64,000 nucleotides of DNA, from positions 10,168,001 to 10,232,000 of the forward strand of contig NC_043015.1 of the NCBI RefSeq assembly GCF_006345805.1, read 5' to 3'. Source of the DNA: Octopus sinensis. Taxonomy: Eukaryota. Positions 12,550 to 25,363 of this stretch are shown here, piece after piece (position 1 is the stretch's first letter; each line of letters starts with the position of its first letter). The notes under the pieces are model-generated. The model had not been told where the DNA came from, searched no databases, and worked only from the letters and a program-made list of their open reading frames with translations. Made by a program: the position numbers and the translations under genes.

Positions 12550-14290
12550 TTGAATATTCATACACCACTATCGTTCTTTAGCAACCTCACTTCTCTCTGC
12601 CGCTTGGATTTGAATTCAGCAAAAGCAACCCTGCTCCATGTGACTTCTCGAAGTGTCGCTGTTGAAGTTGTAACATTTTGTCTGACATCTTCTGCATCTT
12701 CTCTCTGTGCTTCGAAAACTAATCACGTGTTTTTTGTTTTTGTTTTTTGCGCAGACACAATGGACTCCTAAGTAAGGAAAAAGACTGCATTCTTTAACGC
12801 CTAATCGTTTTCTTCGATGCTTTTCAATGGCCACATGACCAGACTGCTGAACACTCGATCGCATCTTCGACTGCTGCAGTCAGTCTCAAACAGTAATCGT
12901 CTTGTGCTAGCAGGATGATATCAATCATCTCCAGCTTTTACTTGGTTGAGATATTTTTCCTGGCAGATTTCTCTTTTGACGGGGCAGATATCAGTTGCAC
13001 CTTCTTCTACAAGCTTATCTTTATGCTCAAGATCCTCTGCAACCCAGTATGCCGGATAATTACGTTGCCCCGCAGATGATAGTTGACAGAGAGGGTTTTC
13101 CCCTGTGAAATAATTCTTGCCGAGCTGATCAAAGAAATTGTCGTCAACACAGAACTGTTGCTAACCGCAAAATTTCAGCGAGAAGTCTCCATTTTAATTT
13201 TGACAAATTTTGACAAATTTGATGATCAACGTTGCATAGGTCCCACAGTCTGCTCCCCACTGGTATTAATGCTACCTATAAACAGCAACTGGGCCTGGTG
13301 GGGAATCTTGCCTAAATTCCTACTCAAGTCATAATAGAATGCTGACGAGTGTCAGGGGTCACTTAATGATTGGTATTCATAAGGTCGTGATACATCATCA
13401 ATGATACAACCCATAAAAGGAAAGATAGTCTTTTGATAGTAAAATCCACATCTCAGTCGCTTCTCTCTTTTATGTTCCCCACCGAGAAGAAGGTGCAATC
13501 CTCATCTTGCAACTGAGGATGACGTTCGAACTTACTCACTTGGAGTACGTTAATTACTACACTGTACCGGAGTAATTATTTTGCAATCAGTGACGATATT
13601 CATATACGGAGAATCGGTCAAGCATAGGACGCTTGACCCACATTCCTACAGTCATTTCAATTTTCTTCTAATTTCTAATGTTGAACTGAATTTCCTCTGG
13701 CCGTGTGAACCAACTAGATTTTGTTTTGAACTGCGCTTCTCTACGGACTTTGCCTTCTGAGGTGGGCCGTGCAGCCTGATGAAAGCTGAGCAGGCATTTA
13801 TAGTGCTACTTCAGCATGGTGGTGTTCAGGTTTCAGCACTGACTTCGATCATAGGCACCGAGCTGCCTACGCAAAGTGATCTACAATGGTTACATTCACT
13901 CCATCTCCAAAGGGCTTCGCGAATCTCTGAAGAAAAATAAAACGCATTGGCCGGTTTGTAAGGGTATTTGCACCAGACCACCAGTCTAGACCCCGCGTCA
14001 GCTAGAAGACCGTGTGCAAGATCACAATGTGCAAGGTCGACGATAAGCATACCCACACAAAATCAGCTCACTTGCTACTCGACGCCCAAAAGTTACCTAA
14101 TGGTACAGACCTTCCGATTGACTGCAATAATTTCAAGCTGTTTGTTTATGACTCCTCCCCCTTGTCAGTTATCCTTGCTGCCACCATCTTCACACACCAT
14201 GACACGAGTTCCAAAGGGGCCGGTAGCATTTAGCCGAGATCTCACACAGACTACGGAAGGAATGACATACTCCCCGTATACATACATGTG
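12550..14290 (-). mobile_element. Decayed RTE-clade LINE, 5' part (APE endonuclease region), RT absent
   Basis: Minus-strand peptides MTVGMWVKRPMLDR (~13655), DCTFFSVG..DVDFTIK (~13500) and FYYDL..LLFIGSINTSG (~13340) match RTE/BovB LTIGTWNVRTLLDR, GYTFFWSG..GVGFAIK and FYEDL..LIILGDFNARVG. Many stops and frameshifts; the 5' boundary is approximate. Confidence 0.75.
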
Positions 14291-14316
14291 CGTATGATCG
14301 TGTGGGTTTGTGTGGG

Positions 14317-14372
<56 letters not shown>

Positions 14373-14437
14373 GTAAATATATATGCATGTATGTATATAT
14401 ATAAATGACATATATGTATATGTATGTGTATATATAT

Positions 14438-14470
<33 letters not shown>

Positions 14471-15230
14471 CGGATATATATGTGTATACGTATAAGTACA
14501 ATATATATATACATGTGCATGTGTGTACGCATGTATATATATGTGTATAGATTTTGTATTGAATTGCGCTTCTCTACGAAGTATATATATACACACACAC
14601 ATACACACATATATAAATTTTTACAAAGCCTCAGGCACACACACACACTCAATTCCATATGCATGCACTCGCAAGCGCACAGGCATTCATATTTGTATGT
14701 AAGTATAGTAACGTGTGTAAGTAGGTATGTCTCCATGTATGTATATTTGTATGCATATATGTATTTCTGTTTACTAAGAGTTTCTTTTTAGGTGTGCTTT
14801 GTGTTTGTTTCTGTGTGAGCGTTTATTTATGTGTACTATCAGACAACACCGGATTCTATGTATTTCAAAACACAGAAAAAACTGAATGGAGATTGATTAA
14901 CAAAAGAATATACACCAGCAACAAATAACTTTAACATTCGTAACACTAGCTAAACACACACATAATGCGCATAGGCATATAACACGCTTCTATGAAAAAA
15001 TATATACAAAACGTCTACTAATATATATATATATATATGTGTGTGTATGTGTGTGTGTGTGTGTTCGTCTGTGTGTGTGTGGTGTGCGCGTGTGTTTCTA
15101 TATATATATGTTTACAAACACACATTTATATATATACATATATACGTGTATATATACATAAGTATATATATATATATATATATAGAGCGACGGAGAGAGA
15201 GAGAGATAAAGAGAGAGAAATACAGAGAGA

Positions 15231-15277
<47 letters not shown>

Positions 15278-15284
15278 ATATATA

Positions 15285-15425
<141 letters not shown>

Positions 15426-15993
15426 ATATATATTGTAGATCTGCATTTTGTGGATAGGTGAGTATATATGTCTGTGCGTTTACATTTTTTAGTGTATGCT
15501 TATATGGCGTCTTGTCTGGACCCTCTTGTGACCTTTGAAAATAGATATTACTACGTATGAAACCTTATTCCAGCCGATTGCTTTATTTGAAGAGGAGGGT
15601 CGACGAATTCTTAAGTTTTGCCAGAGGCTATTTTACATTCGATACTCTTGCGATTCCAAAATAATGCTAAATCTCTTTCTTGAAGTATATGTTGAACTAT
15701 ATAACAACATCCAACCTTCCCAGACAAAATTCAATACTTCCTGATAGGATGTATTTCAATGTTTTTAGAAATAGAAGAAATAAAGAGAATATGCATAAGT
15801 TTGTGACAATGACCAGTAAATAATATATTGAGTATAGTTGTTGTGATCTACACAAGGAATATCATTTCAGCTATGTACAATCTATGATTTTCTAAGTTTC
15901 CAATTTTATGCTTTATTTTCTTCAACAGGCGGATACATATTACGTAGTGTCAGCGTGGTATTTTATTACCAATAACTTATATATATATGAGTG

Positions 15994-16064
<71 letters not shown>

Positions 16065-16302
16065 TAAGGGTAGAAATTGATATTTATCAATTAAGACCAG
16101 TGGTCTAGCATATTAAAAAAGAATCCGAAGATTAAAATATTTATATATACCAATTAAGGACTGAACACGAAAAGTGGACAGTCAACATGCTAGATATAGA
16201 CGTCAAATCGCCATTCACCACAAAAGATTATGTTCTCAGATCAAACTCAACACAAAACCATAGCAATAAACAAGTGAAAAATATACGAAATAAAATAATT
16301 AC

Positions 16303-16367
16303 CCATGTACTAAATTAGTTTCAGCTGTTATTTTCCGCAAGGAAAACTGCAGCCATCATCAGCATGG
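16303..16367 (-). ncRNA. Mirror copy of the hammerhead (left arm of palindrome)
   Basis: Exact reverse complement of 16400-16464. Confidence 0.85.
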
Positions 16368-16399
16368 TCCGTTATAAATGTAATTACATTTATAACGGA

Positions 16400-16464
16400 C
16401 CATGCTGATGATGGCTGCAGTTTTCCTTGCGGAAAATAACAGCTGAAACTAATTTAGTACATGG
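16400..16464 (+). ncRNA. Type I hammerhead ribozyme, apparently intact (right arm of palindrome)
   Basis: Stem I CCAUG/CAUGG; core CUGAUGA; extra U; stem II GGCUG/CAGCU with inner UUUUCC/GGAAAA hairpin; GAAA; stem III ACUAAUUUAGU; GUA triplet, predicted cut after 16459. Confidence 0.85.
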
Positions 16465-16615
16465 GTAATTATTTTATTTCGTATATTTTTCACTTGTTTA
16501 TTGCTATGGTTTTGTGTTGAGTTTGATCTGAGAACATAATCTTTTGTGGTGAATGGCGATTTGGCGTCTATATCTAGCATGTTGACTGTCCACTTTTCGT
16601 GTTCAGTCCTTAATT

Positions 16616-16693
<78 letters not shown>

Positions 16694-17504
16694 ACGTGTG
16701 TTTGTGTGTGTGTATGTATCTGTATATTTTATTGCCTGTGTGTGATTTTTGCTGTTGTAAGTTATCGAACACATTCATATATGTCTACATGAATTTTAGG
16801 ACAATGATTATTGGGAAAGAAATCCTTATTGCTATCATTCATAATCTCAAATGAATTCTGCACCTTTGTATGTTGGCAACACAGCAGACAGCAAAATGTT
16901 AATAAACGTTTAGCTATTTCTTTTTACATACCCATGCATCATTACTGGACAGAAAACGCTGTTATATGCGAATATGAACTGAGAATAAAGAAGGATATAA
17001 CTTATTAATGAGTGACAGCCAGAAAATACCTAATTATGCTAGTACATGTGAGTATACGTAATGTAGGGACTTCGAAACAAATATCGCTAGGTATTTCCAA
17101 AAGTTAAATTCTTCCCATAGGTCTTACTGCGTATATCGAGATGATGGTATGTAAAATGTATGACCTAGGTGTTCTCCCAACCTTTTTCATCTTGTGTATC
17201 TTTCTGCGTATTTTTCTGGGCAGCAAAATGTCAATATTGCAAAATGTATCATTGTGAGATAAAACAGTCATATTGCAACTCATACAAAATCTGTCATTTC
17301 GCAGGATGTAATTTTCGGGGCATTTCTTGGACAGCATTAATTATTTTAATTGTGCTACTTTTCTTCACCGTTTAGGCCATTATCATTGGCTATTCTAGAT
17401 ATATATGCAACTGGTGATAACCGTGTAAATAATTGAATAAACGTACTTTCATAAAAAGGTTTTCTTACTTTCTATAAGTGTTAAAAGAATTCCTCGGTTA
17501 ATTA

Positions 17505-17565
17505 ATACTGGGCTTCGTATATTTTACCCCAGTGTCACTTTGGCATGCACTGCTCTCTTACTCAA
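17505..17565 (+). mobile_element. 3'-terminal fragment of the (AAT)n-tailed repeat also found at 48464-49035
   Basis: CTGGGCTTCGTATATTTTACCCCAGTGTCACTTTGGCATGCACTGCTCT is the reverse complement of ~48480-48535 and is followed by (AAT)n. Confidence 0.75.
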
Positions 17566-17570
17566 TAATG

Positions 17571-17641
<71 letters not shown>

Positions 17642-17822
17642 AAGAAGAAGAAGATGATGATGATGAAGAAGAAGAAGAAGAAGAAGAAGAAGAAGAAGAC
17701 AAAGAAGAAGAAGAAGAAGAAGAAGAAGAAGAACAAGAACAAGAAGAAGAAGAAGAACAAGAAGAACAAGAACAAGAACAAGAACAAGAACAAGAACAAC
17801 AACAACAACAACAACAACAACA
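17565..17822. repeat. Compound trinucleotide microsatellite (AAT)n-(AAG)n-(ATG)n-(AAG)n-(AACAAG)n-(AAC)n
   Basis: Directly visible; source of the poly-N/K and poly-L/F ORFs. Confidence 0.95.
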
Positions 17823-17869
17823 TCGAAAAATAGCTTAGGATTGGCAACCCAGTTTCGAAATTTCGACAA

Positions 17870-17915
17870 GACACCCGATTAAGGCTGGAGGGTATATCAG
17901 CCGAAACGTTGTGTT
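17870..17915 (+). ncRNA. Degenerate minimal hammerhead in a Penelope-like 3' fragment (~17830-17975)
   Basis: Stem I GACAC/GUGUU; stem II GGCUG/CAGCC; GAAA; ACGU palindrome. The core reads CCGAUUA instead of CUGAUGA, so it is probably inactive. Confidence 0.6.
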
Positions 17916-18225
17916 AACAACAAGAAAGATGAGGACAAAATCGAATGTAAAAAATGTAAATAATGTATATAATAAAAAAAGTTAGATATTTTATACATAA
18001 CCAACTAATAAATGTGCCATGCGTTTGTATTTTCATTCTGCATAAATCTATACCTACCTGCAAAAAAGGAAGCCGCCTCTAGCCACTCTAGAAAGTCAGT
18101 CACAAAGTCACATGTTCAAACCTGAATTTGAATGGTATACCAAATTGAGTACTTCTAGTGCGTACCGAACTTTTAGAAATAGCAGCCAAAAGTACGAATG
18201 AGGCTTTGTATCCTTCCCCGTCCTG

Positions 18226-18949
18226 TGGTAAAGTAAATTTTTTTTACTGAACCCTAATTATATAACGTAATGTTTTAAACATACCGTAAAAGGTCTTTTT
18301 ACATACTGAACACTACTTGGTAAAATTATTAATTAATGATTAATTAATTTTACCATTTATTATTGACAATATAATTCTCTCTGCCTGATGATAAACTACA
18401 GATCCCTCTGTAGGAATTTGTTGCTCTATAACTCACGTGGGTAGACGGGGAATGATACAAAGCCGCATTCGTATTTTTTGAATTCGTTAGTACTGGCCGT
18501 CGAAAATGGTTTGTCTGAGATTATTCATATCAGACGAGTATGTTCGATTTTTAGTGCTCTCAAATTTAAACTTAATGAAATCTTGAGCTGATGACAGGAA
18601 TGTTGATATGGTATGTATTTCTAGCGTATCAATATCTAACTAACCCAGAAACGGCGTTCTCAAGTAATCGATGTAGGTGTGACCTTTCGTTATTTTTTCC
18701 CTCTATCCCTCTATATGTTTTTGAGTATACAATTGTCTGAGAGAATCTTCTTATAGTAGAGGAAATGGCTAAATTTATTGGGTGCTATTTCTAAAAGTTC
18801 GGTGTATGGTAAATAAATTTTTTTTACTGAACCCTAATTATATAACGTAATGTCTTAAATATACCGTAACTGGTCTTTTTACATACTGAACACAACTCGG
18901 TAAAATTATTAATTGATAATTAATTAATTTTACCCTTTATTATTGACAA

Positions 18950-18953
<4 letters not shown>
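18226..18953 (+). mobile_element. Element with ~147-bp imperfect direct repeats (18226-18373, 18807-18953); pLTR-like
   Basis: Both repeats contain ACTGAACCCTAATTATATAACGTAATG...TATTGACAATATA. The internal segment holds a hammerhead motif, and the right repeat runs into (AT)n. Confidence 0.7.
18582..18664 (+). ncRNA. Type I hammerhead, partly degenerate
   Basis: Stem I CUUGAG/CUCAAG (6 bp); core CUGAUGA; 11-bp inner stem AUGUUGAUAUG/CGUAUCAAUAU but a mismatched stem II base (CAGG/CCCA); GAAA; stem III ACGGCGU; GUU triplet. Confidence 0.7.
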
Positions 18954-19194
<241 letters not shown>

Positions 19195-19410
19195 GGCGAG
19201 CTGGCAGGAACGTTAGCGCGCCGGGTGAAATGCTTAGCTGTATTTCGTCTGTTGTTACGTTCTGAGTTCAAATTCCGCCGAGGTCGACTTTGCCTTTCAT
19301 CATTTCGGGGGCGATAAATAAAGTACAGTTTCGCACTGGGGTCGATGTAATCGACTTAATCCCTTTGTCTGTCCCTTCTATGTTTAGCTCCTTGTGCGTA
19401 GTAAGAAAAA
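19195..19410 (+). mobile_element. SINE family B, near full length
   Basis: GGCGAGCTGGCAG head, B box GAGTTCAAATTCC, GAGGTCGACTTTGCCTTTCATC body, TTAATCCCTTTGTCTGTCC-type tail. Confidence 0.9.
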
Positions 19411-19553
19411 AATATATATATGGTGTCAAACCATAATGATAACCGTGGGACAGCTGATGATGGAGGTATGTTAGATCGTTGGTATGATTGGTTTTATATA
19501 TGTGGATTAGTATTATAACACAGCAGTTATATATATATATATATGTGTATATA

Positions 19554-19602
<49 letters not shown>

Positions 19603-21014
19603 GATATTTGGCTGGTAAGGTATTTAATACATATATAGTATATACGTACGAAAATGAAAGGCCGGGTAAGAAAATTCTAAAGTTACACTGTGGCTGAGTT
19701 AAGTGGAATTTCATGGCTATTTCTAGCAGATCGCGTGAGGAGTTACACATTATGCAGCTGGCCAAGTTGTTTAAGTGGGCATTGTTCTCATTCATTTCCG
19801 TTCAAACATTAATCGAGCACGGATAGGAAAAATGAATTTTACGTCTTTAACGATGTGGAGCTTTCAATTATCAACGTTTTCAAGTTTGTATGAAACTGTG
19901 TAGATTAAGATGACTATTAAGATTAAATATCAATATATATTATATTGAATGTTGAAATGGAAACACTCTCATTAGATAGGCCAGTTAAGTTCATTGACCG
20001 TTCTGCAATAAATAGGCAAAAATTAACAGAAGTCTTTGAAGAAACGAAGACTTATATCCATGAATATATAACAACGTATTTATTAACAATCGCGTATTTA
20101 TAACAGAACATTAGATGTTTGACTCTTTAGGCAAAATGAAAACATCTTATCCGTTAGCAAAGCAATTTCATTATGGATATTTATACAATACTTTCAATCC
20201 ATACAATAGATTCAGTAGAATAGTGCATACACACGGCACATTTATTGACATCTACATAGAATGTAGTTACGAGAGTCAGGTATATTAGTCATGTACGAAG
20301 TGAAACCTGATTATCAATAGTCTGTTGTGTAATGTAATTTCTTTTATGCTCGAAAGTTTTAACAGTTGGATGTTTGATACCATCAAAACTTTCAATTCAA
20401 TCTGAAATTCTATATGTCATAATACTTAGAAGAACGGTTAGTTTAGAATATTGCACTCACAATTCTGTCTTGATACACGCATGATCTAATATATATCCAT
20501 ATTCATTGCTATGCCATTGCAATTACTTATATACATTTCGTTTGTGTTTCTGATTCTGCTGTTTGATGTGAATTACAAACTTGTGAAGATATATTTACTG
20601 TGCTTCGAATATACGATAAAAGATATTTGGAAGTAGTATGTTTGAGTGAGGAAGAATTTGAATATATACTCTTGAAATCTCTATATGTTAAAGTCATGTA
20701 CTGTCCATTATGTAATTGTATTTCTGTTTCGTTTACGACCATGTCGAATATCTCAACAGCGATATTTCTAAACTAACCTGTGCATCATTTTGAACAGTGT
20801 CTATGATCAATACAAAATACTGCATGTAAAAAGCACGGGTTCAGGTTCATTTTTCAATAAAACGGAGTTCTTCGGTATGTCTGATGTAGAAAGCGGAAAT
20901 TTGAGGAAAAGCTGAAGCTCTAAAATATTAGTGTGAGCAATTGCAACAGACAGTTGTGTGGGGGGTTCGTAATGCATTCTCTATTCAAAACCAAAATGTT
21001 CATTTAATATACTG

Positions 21015-21070
<56 letters not shown>

Positions 21071-21919
21071 TTTGTAAGATCCATATATGTTAGCTCCAAA
21101 CAATCTGTAGTAAATCTAAAAATCAATTTTCAGGGATATTCTTTGTTTACTGAGAGAGAGGTTTGTGGATTTTTTCAGATCGAAATACGATAAACTGAAA
21201 AACAGTTATTTTCATAGTTCACGGTAGGCGACCAGGTTTGCCGGGTGTGCGAATAAGAATACAAGAGTTGATGAATGAAGTAGATGACATCCAGGCTAGA
21301 TATGTTTCCTAGCGAGCTGAACCCCAGAAGTGTTAAATATCTAAATGAAGTCTATAGTGCAGGCTTCTCTTGAGGTAAAGTGTATCTTGATTAAATGAAA
21401 GTTTACATTGTTGCAATGCGGTACATGTTAACACGTGAAAGATTCAGTCAGAATACGTAGGGAGCAGATTAGGAGAGAAAAATATAAATGTAGAGGAATA
21501 AGTATTAAAAAAAGAAAAAAGAAGAAAAAATGAGGAAGTGAGGAGATTGAGGAATATAAGCAAAGTAAGGGAAACAAATTTAAACAAATTAAGGGAAGCA
21601 GACAACAGCACACTATTATGCAACCAAAGGAAAATTTCATAAACCTTAAATAAAGGTAATAAGAAATAAATTACATTCATTTTTGTGAAACAGAAAATTC
21701 TCCTTTGATAAATGCATTTTAATTACATGTAATGTTACATGTTTTATGTCTATAATGAGTACATATACAACGTTTATGACTATATATAATATACATAGCT
21801 GTGTGTATTCGTGTCCATGTTCGTGTCCCAGCGCATGTGTGTGTGCACATGCGTATGATGGTGTGTGTATTATTTATGAATAATGCATATGATAAATATA
21901 TGCGTTGTATACTTGTGCA

Positions 21920-21922
21920 TAT

Positions 21923-21965
<43 letters not shown>

Positions 21966-21969
21966 TATA

Positions 21970-22009
<40 letters not shown>

Positions 22010-22183
22010 CATATATATATACATATATATACATATATATAAACACATATATATATATATATATATAATATATATACATACATATATATATACATATATA
22101 TACATATATATAAACACATATATATATATGCATACATATATATATATATATATATATAATACATATATATATATATATGTATA

Positions 22184-22232
<49 letters not shown>
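21920..22232. repeat. (AT)n/(ATAC) microsatellite
   Basis: Directly visible. Confidence 0.95.
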
Positions 22233-22234
<2 letters not shown>

Positions 22235-22884
22235 CTATATTCGTTTGTGTAAATGTATGTACTTATGTATGTATTTACCAGGGACGTGCCGCCTAGGTAG
22301 GCGAGAAATTCTTAAAATAGAAAATATAAGGTATAGATGTGTTAAATCTATAATAATGACGACATAATTATATATTACGTGATGGAATATAATCTGTAAA
22401 AAGTAAAGCATAAAAAAAAACAAGTAACATATTTCCTGAGTATATTAACATCATATCGTGTTATGATAATCTTAAGGTTCAAACTTTCGTTGAATCACAT
22501 TGAAAATTGCTATTTATACCACTAGTGAGTTAGAATATCACTTTTTTATTATTTCTTAAACATTCATTAAAAGTTCCTAATAAAAATCTAAAGCTATTCA
22601 GTCAAGACAGATGATAGCATTTTAAGAGTTTTTGTTTAGCAGTTATGGATCTAAAATTTTTTGCTTCATTTCTTTCTTCATTTTTTGGTAGTAGGAGTGT
22701 TGCACCAATAATAGCCAAGAGGGAATAATAATTATTATTATTGTTTTACACTCAACAGATTATACTATTGGCAAAAAGTTGCATTAGGTGCCAAGGACAC
22801 TCCTATCGGGTTACAGCAAGTAAGCTTACACACAATGGACACTCCTAGCTGTCCTTAATATCACTGTTTTCTGTTTCCTGGAGC

Positions 22885-22947
<63 letters not shown>

Positions 22948-23021
22948 CATCATCATCATCATCTCTGCACATTGTAACTGTGAACTATATATATATTGAT
23001 AGATAGATAGATAGATATGTG

Positions 23022-23067
<46 letters not shown>

Positions 23068-23071
23068 GAAT

Positions 23072-23264
23072 TATTTGCCACCTAAATGTGGCAGACGCAT
23101 GGGACGCTGTTACTATAGCTTATAGCCCCAGGAAGACATTTCTTTTACAGATACAGAGTGTGCACAGAAAGTGTATCCTTAGCCAGCTGAAAGTGCTGTT
23201 TTCCTGGGGCTATAACTTCAGTAGCACCGTCCCCTACGGGTCAGCCACATTTAGGTGGCAAATA
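23072..23264. mobile_element. MITE, ~190 bp, TA-flanked
   Basis: Perfect 21-bp terminal inverted match TATTTGCCACCTAAATGTGGC / GCCACATTTAGGTGGCAAATA, extending imperfectly to ~70 bp (TATAGCCCCAGGAA / TTCCTGGGGCTATA). Confidence 0.85.
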
Positions 23265-23309
23265 TACGTCATGATGTTGATTAACTACCTTTTTACTGTT
23301 TTAATTGTT

Positions 23310-23719
23310 TAAGTCATTTGGCCATGCTGGAGCACTCATTTCTATTGACCACATCGACCCCAGGACTTATTCTTTGTAAGCCTAGTACTTATTCTGTGGG
23401 TCTCTTTTGCCGAACCGCTAATTTACGGGGACGAAAGCACACCAGCATCGGTTGTCAATCGATGGTAGGTGGACAAACACAGATACAACCAATTAACTCA
23501 TACATACATATACGTATATATATATGGCGGGCTTCTTTCAGTTTCCGTCAACCAAATCCACTCACAAGGGTTCGGTCAGACCGAGGCTATAGTAGAAGAC
23601 ACTTGCCCAAGGTGCCACGCATTGGGACTGAACCCGGAACCATTTGGTTGGTAAGCAAGCTGCTACCACACAGCCATTCCTACTCCTAAATACTTACCAC
23701 ACAGCTACTTCTACGCTAT
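23310..23719 (-). mobile_element. SINE family A, with an extra copy of the 5' ~26 nt at 23694-23719
   Basis: Reverse complement matches 5810-6229; CTTACCACACAGCTACTTCTACGCTA repeats the head. Confidence 0.9.
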
Positions 23720-24611
23720 GTTTAAGAAATCATAAAAGTAAATTGATATTCTGACTCACTACTGATATAAATAGCAATTTTCAATGAAGGTTTGAATCTT
23801 AAGCTTACCATAACATAACATGATGTTAATATAATCTGGAAATATGTTATTTCGTTTTTAGTTTTCTGCTGTTCTTTTTACAGATTATTTTCCCTCATGT
23901 AATATATAATTATATCGTCTTTCCTAGAGCTGTAACACATCTATATCTTACGCTTTCTATTTTTTGTACAAATATGGAAATTCAGATCAAACTCATTTTT
24001 ATTAGCTAATTTCTGTTTATCAATAAAATTTTGCAGATGCATTTTATCGTTCTTCTGCTTGGTATTATGTCTCTTTACATGAATTTATATTTCAAAATTT
24101 AGTATATACGTAGATGCAGTGTTAATTCTTTTCATATAGATTGTTATACAGATATTAAAAAAAAACTGTAGAGTAATGTAATATATTATAGCTATAACGG
24201 AATCAAAATTTTAGGATCATATCCGTTTATATAACTCATTGATTCTCCTATTTTCTTACAAATAAATAATTCCCTATGATTTAAAAATACTTTAAATCAG
24301 ATAACGATCTTTTCATGAAATATATCTCTTGTAGGCATTACATTTTTTTCCTGCAGTTCGTTTTTGCTAAACATTCAAAAATATTAACTAAAATTCACTC
24401 ATTTATCAGATAAAAAAAATACAGAATGAATATTTGAAATAATATGATTAATTTATTTTCGGTAATTGTATAAGAACATCCCTTCTAGAACCTTATTACA
24501 AGACAAATAACAATCAATTACGTGGTTTAAACCTATTAATGAAAATTTCAAACAAATATGAAGGCCTTTTTTTTCATATATCTCAATTCATAATCATTGG
24601 TTAGCTACACT

Positions 24612-25357
24612 AACTTGTTATATCTCCTGGATCACCTAGATCAGCAAGGCTCTCTGAGCCAAGTCGGCTCCGCTGGCTGCAGTATTCGCTCCACTCCTCA
24701 TGTGCTCTCGCCATTCTCCTGCACGTTACTCCAAACATTTTACTTCTAACCTGATTTGAGGTCTTCTGAGTGGTCTCTTCCACTCTCGCGCGAACCACTC
24801 CACAATTATTAGCGGTCCACCGATCGACTGAGAATCTTGCGACGTGACCGGCCCATCATAGCTTTGCCTGGTGGTAGTCTTCAATGACATCCTTCATGGT
24901 AGATCTTTCGTGGAACTCTTCGTTCCGGATGTGATATCTAAGCAAGATTCCCAGCATCGATCTTTCAATAGCTGTTTGCGCCGTAAGCAGAGATTCTCTT
25001 TTCATCAAGGCCCAAATCTAGTATTGCAGGCAAGACTGTACTGCTGAAGAGATTGGGAGGAGTTATCTTGTCTATGTTCTTACCCTTCGCGAGATCTTAT
25101 ACTCCATCTTCCTCCACAGTGTCACTTCTTGATCGTGACACATAGCTGCTGCTCACCTCTTCTATTTTACCGTCTTTGACTGTTAAGTGACGGATAAATA
25201 AGAACGTAGACTGCATGTACTTGGTTTTCGCACTGTGGCTCTTCAGGCAGACTACCAAAACCCTAAGTTTCAATTCGGACTGCATGGTATGTAGCTGATA
25301 GGTGCTCTCTGCTATGTCGTCGGCGAATCTTAGATGGGTGAGCAGCTCTCTGTTTAT
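24612..25357 (-). mobile_element. 5'-truncated RTE-clade LINE (RT C-terminal part and 3' end), decayed
   Basis: INRELLTHLRFADDIAESTYQLHTM..AKTKYM (RT FADD motif), then remnants of NLFxSTVLPA, WAGHVARFS and EWKRP..RP, and a GTGATC(A/C)AG-like tail. Confidence 0.85.
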
Positions 25358-25363
25358 CATTAA

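Larger units (their letters stand above)
16142..16625. repeat. 484-bp palindrome (242-bp arms, no spacer, 1 mismatch); Penelope-like inverted pLTR
   Basis: Centre at 16383|16384 (AAATGTAA|TTACATTT); the single mismatch is T16203 vs G16564. The left arm continues to ~16056, and (AT)n lies on both sides. Confidence 0.95.

Noticed and set aside
14200-14290. HDV-like ribozyme at the RTE 5' end
   Set aside because: P1, P3/L3 and P1.1 could not be placed with valid spacing by eye; an RNAMotif search of the family consensus would settle it.
17062-17152. YRDDG as a Penelope RT motif
   Set aside because: No other RT motifs flank it, and a stop follows immediately.
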